DNA of 64,000 bases from an uncultured Candidatus Saccharibacteria bacterium (lineage in GTDB: Bacteria; Patescibacteriota; Andersenbacteria; UBA10190). A program made the position numbers and the translations under genes. The stretch covers positions 12,401 to 76,400 of the forward strand of contig CAYMOF010000001.1 in the NCBI GenBank assembly GCA_964392095.1. Direction: 5' to 3'. Shown here piece by piece: positions 52,433 to 59,796 of this stretch (its first letter is position 1; every line of letters begins with the position of its first letter). The notes under the pieces are model-generated. The model was not told where the DNA came from. It searched no databases and saw only the letters and a list, made by a program, of their open reading frames with translations.

Positions 52433-53144
52433 CGTAATCATACAACTTTATATCCAAATCATTTTTCTTCCTTATTGTTTCCAGCTGTCCTTCGGTTAAC
52501 CCTCCCGTCCTAGTACGCGGTCGGTTAGCGTTATATCTTTTCTTTTCGCTATACTGTATCTCCTCGTCCTTAAAACCAAGTTTTTCTTTAACTTCCCGCA
52601 AAAACAAATCATATTTCTCCATTAGTCCCACCACCGCGAAATTATCCAGGTTTTTCTTAGCTTGTTCCAAATCACACTTATAAGGGTAAGACAGCCACTT
52701 AGTCATGTGGTTTGACTGCCGGCATAAAACCCCTCCGCTGTGCATATAATTATCCTCCTCTTCATTAAACCATTGATTAAACGGCATCTTCTCTTTTACT
52801 GCCTCGCTCACTTGATTTCTAGTCATTTTCCTGGCTTTCATAGGCGCGTCAAATAAGTACTTATAATACTCTGACAAAACCCGATCCACCGGCTCCCTTA
52901 ACAACACCACGTATTTACCGCCAGGCACGATTTCATCCTGCGCTTCCGGATTATAGGCCTGGTGAAAAGAATACACGCTGTAAGGCCTCTTGATAACACC
53001 GTCCAGCTCTTGATGATAGCTTCGATAATTATACACTTTCATTCCTCTTCGCCTGGCATACCTAACCAACAAACCATAAAAAGTGCTGCTTCCCACCCGG
53101 ACAAGCCTCACAAAGATAATCCTAGTCTGATTTTCCCTTCCCAT
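52401..53144 (-). CDS. Sulfotransferase family 2 / Gal-3-O-sulfotransferase-like protein
   Basis: 5'-PSB-like FVRLVRVGSST, 3'-PB LREPVDRVLSEYY, AK.NL..F..VGLME.YD, N.LD..LY. Confidence 0.8.
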   Translation of the reverse strand: MGRENQTRIIFVRLVRVGSSTFYGLLVRYARRRGMKVYNYRSYHQELDGVIKRPYSVYSFHQAYNPEAQDEIVPGGKYVVLLREPVDRVLSEYYKYLFDAPMKARKMTRNQVSEAVKEKMPFNQWFNEEEDNYMHSGGVLCRQSNHMTKWLSYPYKCDLEQAKKNLDNFAVVGLMEKYDLFLREVKEKLGFKDEEIQYSEKKRYNANRPRTRTGGLTEGQLETIRKKNDLDIKLYDYVRRNYYPASS

Positions 53145-53149
53145 AATAA

Positions 53150-53995
53150 TTATTTCTTCTGCCTTAATTCCCTAAGCTTAGATGTTACTAAGAGCAAAGA
53201 TCTAACAATCTTCTCTGTAAACTTACGCGGTCCTTCTATTGGATTCAACTGTCTCTGGCAAGCTACTTTCAACACAAACTCATTGTCAACATTCCTATAT
53301 AAACCCCGCTCGTAACAGCCTCGCCCCCTAGCCTCCATTATCGGCTCTAAACCCTCTTTAATAAACTTGTCTGGCCTCGGCAGAGCCGCCGTCTCCAACA
53401 AAGCTACTCTGTATCCAGCATCAAACAATTCGCTCAAAACCCCCTTCAAAGAGCGCCCCTCGTCATATATTAATGGATGCACTTCCATTAATATATTTAC
53501 TTCATTTGTCCTTTTCAAATAATCCAGGCTTCCCCGCAACACATCCACCTCATAACCTTCTATGTCCATTTTTACAACTATGGGTCCACAAATATCTTGC
53601 TCTTTTATGAAGCTTTCAAGGGTAACATACTCTGTCTTTATTGAATCATCATAAGACTCCGCGGCAATTGCCGTGCTTAAATTCCTTTTCTTTTTATTCA
53701 AATAAAAAAAACCTTTACCGCTCTGGTCAGAAACCGCCTGGGAAAATAAATAAAAATTATCTCGACTGCCCAGAATCCTAGTTATTTTATTTCTGTTATA
53801 ACTGTCCGGCTCCAAAATATAAATCTTAATATCGTCACCATATTTTTTGAACAAGTATCTAGCCTCATAACCATCGCTCGACCCAATTTCTATAACATTC
53901 GTACCAGCTACCACCGCCTCATCCAACATGGCCATAAATATCGGCTCTCTCGGCTCTCTTTTTAAAATCTTAACAAGTTGTCGCGCCTTAATCAT
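53150..53995 (-). CDS. FkbM family methyltransferase
   Basis: IEIGSSDG, LEP, AVSD..G, KMDIEGYE, MEVHP. Confidence 0.88.
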   Translation of the reverse strand: MIKARQLVKILKREPREPIFMAMLDEAVVAGTNVIEIGSSDGYEARYLFKKYGDDIKIYILEPDSYNRNKITRILGSRDNFYLFSQAVSDQSGKGFFYLNKKKRNLSTAIAAESYDDSIKTEYVTLESFIKEQDICGPIVVKMDIEGYEVDVLRGSLDYLKRTNEVNILMEVHPLIYDEGRSLKGVLSELFDAGYRVALLETAALPRPDKFIKEGLEPIMEARGRGCYERGLYRNVDNEFVLKVACQRQLNPIEGPRKFTEKIVRSLLLVTSKLRELRQKK

Positions 53996-54585
53996 CTAAC
54001 AAATCTTTTTAAAACACTCTTCAGCCACGCCCCCAGTCTCCCCTTGGCTCTGATCCTGTTTTCTAAATACTCGCTCTGATCCGTTTCCATTTTGGGAGTC
54101 TGCCAGTCTCCGTATTGATACTCTAAATACTCTTCCGGCGACGACGGACATTCATACCAGCTCCCCCGAAACAAAATCTTCCCCGTATTATTAAAAAACT
54201 TAATCGGATAACGCCAGTTCCTCCTTTTTCTGAATCTGCTCTTCTCCTCATATCCTAATAAAGAATATTTCGTTCCATACTTATGAACATTAATCTTCAT
54301 GTTGCCCTTATCGATCACTATCGACCCCGGCCTAAAACCTGAATTTCTCAACCCTTCTTTTATTGCCTCGAATTTTTCCTGCATCTGCTCCGCGTACAAA
54401 GCCAGCTCCACATCCCAGTCCCACTTAATAAAATCTTTTTCTCTCACCGCCCCCAACAAAACCCCGTCAATCAACAAAAATTTTACCCCCAAGCCATCCA
54501 ACACCCTTTTTATTTGAACCAAACCTTCATTGCGATTTTCCAACTCCTCTTTAGAAAATATTTTTAGCTTTTTATCCAACTTCAT
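53992..54585 (-). CDS. LicD family phospho-substituent transferase
   Basis: GVLLGAVRE.DFI.WDWDVEL; P..PEEYLEYQYGDWQTP. Confidence 0.88.
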   Translation of the reverse strand: MKLDKKLKIFSKEELENRNEGLVQIKRVLDGLGVKFLLIDGVLLGAVREKDFIKWDWDVELALYAEQMQEKFEAIKEGLRNSGFRPGSIVIDKGNMKINVHKYGTKYSLLGYEEKSRFRKRRNWRYPIKFFNNTGKILFRGSWYECPSSPEEYLEYQYGDWQTPKMETDQSEYLENRIRAKGRLGAWLKSVLKRFVR

Positions 54586-54597
54586 ATTTTATCTTAA

Positions 54598-54731
54598 TAT
54601 CAAAGCTAGTTCTTTTGGCGAATTAGAGGTCCTTTTCGGCCTGGTCCCACGCTCAGCGTGGACGAAAAGGGCCAAAGCCTCGGAGCTACCGCTGGGGCAA
54701 CGAGAATGAGCCAAAAGAACTAGCCTTGATA
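54598..54731. repeat. 134-bp inverted-repeat element (MITE-like or structured RNA)
   Basis: 22-bp terminal arms TATCAAAGCTAGTTCTTTTGGC 54598-619 / GCCAAAAGAACTAGCCTTGATA 54710-731 with one mismatch; inner stems 54628-38/54663-73 and 54647-52/54656-61. Confidence 0.8.
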
Positions 54732-54746
54732 ATCCAAAACATAAAC

Positions 54747-55568
54747 TCACCATTTCCCCTTATAAAATAATCTCTGAAAAGGCACCGGAATAAAATGCTT
54801 CGGCGCCATCCCTAAATGCTTTACTTTTTCTTTCGGTAAATATTTCTTCCATAATTCCAACTTATCATAAAAGCACTTTAGCCTCTTATACCTCATATCA
54901 GACCATTTGTGCTGAAACGGCTTGCCGATAATCAGATAATATATAGGGCCTTTATAGTGCAATATATGGCATTCCTCACCCCACGGCTCATAATGCCGCG
55001 CTCTATTTAACTCACCCACATAAAAACCCTTAAACCTCACTCCATATTTAGTAAACGGCTTCGTATAATCCTCTCCCTCAACCAATGACATAAACGCGTG
55101 TTGATCAGTACCTCCTTTATCAACAATTTCCATAGTCTTTTCTTTGTACTTCCTGAAAAAATCCCTTACCGCCCGATTATTCCTACACAACATCACCCCG
55201 CTGTTTAACCACTCTTTCGGCACATGTGACAAATATCGGTAAGTAAAACCTATATCATAATCTCCAAAATACTGATCGACGGGCTTTAAAATCAGTGTAT
55301 CCGCGTCCATAAACAACACCCAATCTCCCTCAGCCTTCTCCAGACCCATCTCCCAGCAAGGTAGTTTCAAGCTTCCTGGATGGGGATGCGAATCCATCTT
55401 TTCCCGCAAAATAACATCTTCAATGGGAATATCCTTGCCTACCACAATAGGCTTAATGCCCGGATAAACCCGCCTGATGCTTTCTTTTAAAGCTTCCAAA
55501 AACAAGTCAACCTTGCTCCCAAAAGCCGCCACCACTATGTCTAAACCATTTTTTTTAATATTGGTCAT
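54747..55568 (-). CDS. GT-A fold nucleotide-diphospho-sugar transferase (GT8/GT77-like)
   Basis: LFMDADT, NSGVM, DQ.AF, ILHYKG. Confidence 0.8.
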   Translation of the reverse strand: MTNIKKNGLDIVVAAFGSKVDLFLEALKESIRRVYPGIKPIVVGKDIPIEDVILREKMDSHPHPGSLKLPCWEMGLEKAEGDWVLFMDADTLILKPVDQYFGDYDIGFTYRYLSHVPKEWLNSGVMLCRNNRAVRDFFRKYKEKTMEIVDKGGTDQHAFMSLVEGEDYTKPFTKYGVRFKGFYVGELNRARHYEPWGEECHILHYKGPIYYLIIGKPFQHKWSDMRYKRLKCFYDKLELWKKYLPKEKVKHLGMAPKHFIPVPFQRLFYKGKW

Positions 55569-55677
55569 TGGCCATCATTGACTAGTAGTCATCTGTCCAT
55601 TATACATACAAGGCCTGAACTGCCATAGTCGGCGTCAGGAAAATTCGCACCTTTCACAATTTCTGAAGGCTTTAGTC

Positions 55678-56456
55678 ATGAGTTTCAAGCTCCAAGTTCT
55701 CGGTTCTGGTATCGCTGCTCCTTTTGATAACCGCATGCCTTCCGGATACCTCGTCATCACCGGCAACACAGAGATCTTGCTCGAATGCAATCCATTCACT
55801 ATCGGAGCCCGCCTATCCGCCATTAACATCACCTCAATCTCTGGAATCCTCGTCACCCACGCCCACAACGACCACTCCGGTGGAGAAGTCGCCTTCCTGG
55901 AAGCCTTCCGCACCAGACACAAAATACTCGGAAAGCCGATTCCCCCCTTTACTTTATGCGGCCCCGCCCCAAACCGTTTCTTCAAGACATACCTTAAAAA
56001 ACAACTTCAGTGGCGCTGGCCGGAATTGCCAGAAGAAGATTGTTTTTGGAAAATCCCATCAGAATTGAATCGCTTCTCGCTGGGTGATGCCTGGATAACC
56101 GCCTTTCCTGTCAACCGCGTCCCCGAAATGCCGGCCGTCGGCTACCATATCCAGTATGGAAATCAGTCCTTAGTCTACTGCGGCGATTTTGGCACCACTC
56201 AATTCCAAAACGTCAACACCCTTGGCCAGTGGATCACCGACGCTGACCTGCTCATCCTCGACTGCGGAGCCCCCACTGAATCCCCAGCCACCTGACCATT
56301 GAGCAGGGCCACAAGATCAAACAGCGGTTCCTCGCCCGCAAACTCCTGGCCACCCACATTCCCGCTCACCGCGTAGGAAATGTCCGCGAGCGCATCGCTG
56401 CCCTCAATGACCCAGATGTCATCCTCGCTGAAGATCTCATGGTGCTTGATATCTAA
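55678..56456 (+). pseudogene. MBL-fold metallo-hydrolase (RNase Z-like), frameshifted
   Basis: VLGSG, THAHNDH, YCGD, ADLLILDC. The -1 frame from 56286 continues SHLTIEQG...KLLATH...AEDLMVLDI* (stop 56454-56). Confidence 0.82.
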
Positions 56457-56554
56457 ACCAACTTCAGCAACTTCCCGCAACACATAGCACCCTCTTCTAC
56501 CATCCCTAGTTTACCTCGGATGGTTTTTTCTTACCAAACAATACTCGCAAGTTA

Positions 56555-57235
56555 TCATTTTCCATTTTCTCTCCTTCCCCACATTCTCTTCACCTTCCCT
56601 AAAATATTCTTCAACACCACATTTCCTCTTTTTCCAGCAAAATGATCCGCGTTATAATACTCCTCATCAATATCGGATCTCTTGGGGGTTTGCCAGTCAC
56701 CATAAACATGCTCCAAGAACTTTTCCGGCGGTGACGGCACTAAAAACTGCCTCCCCTTAAAATCGATTTTCTCTTTTTCGTTGAAAAAACGAGCCGGGTA
56801 CTTATAAGCCGGACGAGTCCTGTACTCACCATCGTCACGCAATGCCCCTAAAGCGATTTTTTGGCCGTATTTAAAAAACGCCATCTTAGGAAACCTATTA
56901 CTTTCAATCAACCGCACCACGAAACCAGCCTCTATCAACCTTTCTTTCAATTCCTTCATCACCCCGACAAACTCCTCCTCCAACATGTCCAAATCAACAT
57001 CATCGTCCCAGGCAATGAAATTATTCTCTCTAATTGCCCCCAGTAAACTTCCCCCCGTTAACCAAAACCTGACGCCGGCAGAACTCAATACGTCGCTGGC
57101 CTCCTGCAAGGCCTTCTCTCTTGCCTGTAAATCAAACGGGTAAGGTTGGACTACTCGGGGTCTTGCTTTTTTCCATCTCCTGCGCGACAGGTTGCTCAAA
57201 CGCCTGATTTCACCTTGTGAAAATTCGTAACTCAT
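56555..57235 (-). CDS. LicD family phospho-substituent transferase
   Basis: FWLTGGSLLGAIRENNFIAWDDDVDL; PSPPEKFLEHVYGDWQTP. Confidence 0.9.
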   Translation of the reverse strand: MSYEFSQGEIRRLSNLSRRRWKKARPRVVQPYPFDLQAREKALQEASDVLSSAGVRFWLTGGSLLGAIRENNFIAWDDDVDLDMLEEEFVGVMKELKERLIEAGFVVRLIESNRFPKMAFFKYGQKIALGALRDDGEYRTRPAYKYPARFFNEKEKIDFKGRQFLVPSPPEKFLEHVYGDWQTPKRSDIDEEYYNADHFAGKRGNVVLKNILGKVKRMWGRRENGK

Positions 57236-57912
57236 ACCATCTTCACACTATACCTCCACCTGGACTGCATATAAAACTCTAATCGATCAATATCCTCATC
57301 ATAAAATTCAACCTTTCTGCCCAACTCATCCCCGATTTTAATAAAAAATTCTTTATCATAAAACATATGGCTCGGGGTAACCTTTCCCCCGACCTTTTTT
57401 CGGCTCTCCAGCCTATCTAAATATCTTTCCCTCTTCTTTTTCTTACCCGCATCATTCACATCACCGATAATAATTCGTCCGTCCTTTTTGGCCACCCTAA
57501 CCATCTCTTTAACCGCCTGGATCGCGTACTTACAAGACGGAAAATACTGCCAAACGCTCCAAGCGCAAACCACGTCAAAACGATTGTCATCAAAAGGAAT
57601 CTTATTAGCTTCGGCTACTCTAAAATCACCCTCTATGTTTTTCCTGATAATATCAATTGAATCTTTAGCGTAATCAACCCCCGCCAAACTTCCCCACTTT
57701 TCAACCTCCATAAGAATCGCCCCCGCCCCGCAACCTACCTCCAAAACATCATCCCGAGAGCCAATCTCACACAGATCCAAAAAATAGTCGGCCAAATCCT
57801 TCCACTGTTTTCTATTTAGGGTTTCAAAACCATCCATCACGTGAAGAATATCAACATCGCCGCCAGGCCGATATTTTTTGTCCCATATTTTTAACCACTG
57901 TTTATCCCTCAT
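57232..57912 (-). CDS. Class I SAM-dependent methyltransferase
   Basis: VLEVGCGAG, GVDY, IPFDDNRFD, SVWQYFP, EMVRV. Confidence 0.9.
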   Translation of the reverse strand: MRDKQWLKIWDKKYRPGGDVDILHVMDGFETLNRKQWKDLADYFLDLCEIGSRDDVLEVGCGAGAILMEVEKWGSLAGVDYAKDSIDIIRKNIEGDFRVAEANKIPFDDNRFDVVCAWSVWQYFPSCKYAIQAVKEMVRVAKKDGRIIIGDVNDAGKKKKRERYLDRLESRKKVGGKVTPSHMFYDKEFFIKIGDELGRKVEFYDEDIDRLEFYMQSRWRYSVKMV

Positions 57913-59714
57913 ATGTCTATCCTGATCCTGCCCTGATCAACAGAAGAATATCCGGCAGAAAAGACGGTTCCCTCTTTCACATAATCCTTAGCCCCTTTTA
58001 CCGCCTGTTCTCTTTCCATTTCCGGTATTTTTTTTGATACTTCCTCACTGTCATCAGCCCACCCCTCCTCGCTAAGCCTGTAAGCCTCGACCCTTTTTAC
58101 ATTATCGCTATTAATCACGCCATTTTTAAACCCAAAGAAAACTATCCACTTGTAATGATCATCATATCCGGCTACTCCCACTGATCCAAGAGTCTTGTAA
58201 TCTACCGTTTCATTAATCCAATAAACACCTCCGTAAAACCTCTCGCTTACCGCCTCGTAGTATCCGGGCAACTCCCAGCCGGCCACTTCCGCCAGTAAAC
58301 CATAAACAGAAGATGTCGCACTAATAAATTTACCAGCTTTTTCTTGCCACCTGCCAGCACCTTCCCAGCCTTCTGAAGTTTTAAACATCATTGGCACCCG
58401 CAAGCGGTCCTCATAAAACTGATAACTATATCTGGTATAAGGCGGTACCGACCGGCCATGATCAGCCAATAACACAATATGACTCTGGGGAAAATACGAC
58501 TCCCCTTCCAACCAGGTCAACAGAGTTTCCAAAAACAAATCCAGCTGTTTCAAAGTCTCCCAATACCCGCTAAAAGCCGCGTTGTTTTTATCTTTTGTGC
58601 CTCTAATACTCGCGTAGGGCGGGTGGGCCCCAGGCAAATGCAAATGAACATAAGTCGGCTCCCGCCTAGCATTAGCTATAAATTGCGTCGCTGTTTTTAG
58701 GGACGGATATTTTCTTATCCGACCACTGCAAACATTTATGTACCTGTGAAAACCACGCGCGTGCCCATATTGAGGCCGCCACTTGGAAAAAAAAGTCAAG
58801 CCTAAGCTTTTGTAACCGTCACCCGAGGCCAATTCAGCCACCGTTTTTATACGAGGAGAAAGTGTCATTAATTTGTCGCTATAATGCCAAGTGTCATAGT
58901 CGTAAATCATATGCCTGGTTAAACCCAGGCCGGTCATCAAACAAGCCGAAGCGCTGCCGGTCACGCTAGCCGAACACACCGCCTTTTTAAAAACAATTGA
59001 ATTTTCGGCCATCTTATTAAACCCCTTCAGCTCCGTCCGGCCCCTTAGGTCACTAGCCGTCACCGCGTCAACAGATAATACCAACAACAGGGGGGGCTTT
59101 TGTCCTTTTTTTTTAAAACAAGCCCTAGTTAAAAAAACTTTTTTATCATTTTTTTTGCCGCTCTTATCTTTAACCTCGACGTCATCAACATAAACAGTTA
59201 AATTTCCCTCTTTACTTACTAATTGATCGGGAATCTCAACCAACAACTCCACCCACCAGTCTTCTTTATCAACATTTCTCGCAAAATCTCTGTCAAAACC
59301 GCACTTAAAACTATATTCTTCCCCCTCTTTGTTGCCGTAACCACTTCCAAAAATCATCCTGCCCTTCACCCGCAAAGACCCAATCTCTCCTACCGGCTTT
59401 CCCGTAAAAACCTCAAAAGACACTTCTCGACCCGCTTTTACCCCCTTCCTCTCATACACTTTCACTGGTCCGCTCTTGCCCCACTTTCTACAAAGCCTGC
59501 CTTCATAACTTTGATAATCACGTGTTTTTTCTTTATGAATCAAAACCACGCTCCTCTCTTTTTCAATCCCAACAACTCGACCGCGCTTGTATCTGCCAAC
59601 CTTCACGGACACCAGATACTTCACTTTCTCCCAGGCTTTCTTAATCTCTTCCCGCCAATTAAGCCTTTCTTCAAATACTAAAATCTGTTGCTTTTTATCG
59701 CTCACACTCCACAA
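57909..59714 (-). CDS. Sulfatase-like (alkaline phosphatase superfamily) hydrolase/transferase
   Basis: LSVDAV, SVTGSASACLMTG, GHARGF, HLPGAHPPY, LLADHG, LRVPM; start uncertain. Confidence 0.8.
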   Translation of the reverse strand: MWSVSDKKQQILVFEERLNWREEIKKAWEKVKYLVSVKVGRYKRGRVVGIEKERSVVLIHKEKTRDYQSYEGRLCRKWGKSGPVKVYERKGVKAGREVSFEVFTGKPVGEIGSLRVKGRMIFGSGYGNKEGEEYSFKCGFDRDFARNVDKEDWWVELLVEIPDQLVSKEGNLTVYVDDVEVKDKSGKKNDKKVFLTRACFKKKGQKPPLLLVLSVDAVTASDLRGRTELKGFNKMAENSIVFKKAVCSASVTGSASACLMTGLGLTRHMIYDYDTWHYSDKLMTLSPRIKTVAELASGDGYKSLGLTFFSKWRPQYGHARGFHRYINVCSGRIRKYPSLKTATQFIANARREPTYVHLHLPGAHPPYASIRGTKDKNNAAFSGYWETLKQLDLFLETLLTWLEGESYFPQSHIVLLADHGRSVPPYTRYSYQFYEDRLRVPMMFKTSEGWEGAGRWQEKAGKFISATSSVYGLLAEVAGWELPGYYEAVSERFYGGVYWINETVDYKTLGSVGVAGYDDHYKWIVFFGFKNGVINSDNVKRVEAYRLSEEGWADDSEEVSKKIPEMEREQAVKGAKDYVKEGTVFSAGYSSVDQGRIRIDI

Positions 59715-59796
59715 CTATTAATTACATTTATTATTACATCCGGACCTGGATATTGGGATCGCCCCATATAATAATCCGCTTCTTTCACGTCACTCC

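Noticed and set aside
54636-54712. Superficial resemblance to the HDV ribozyme (TGGTCCCA...GGGCAAC...GAATG)
   Set aside because: P1/P2/P3 pairings and the L3 loop cannot be built; a simple nested hairpin explains the sequence
55575-55577. TGA recoding (genetic code 25 or 4) suggested by the in-frame TGA
   Set aside because: TGA acts as a stop in ATGA overlaps (e.g. 11955-58, 20286-89, 36252-55) and long ORFs are intact under code 11
56199-56483. 94-aa minus-strand ORF
   Set aside because: Antisense of the frameshifted C-terminus of the MBL hydrolase
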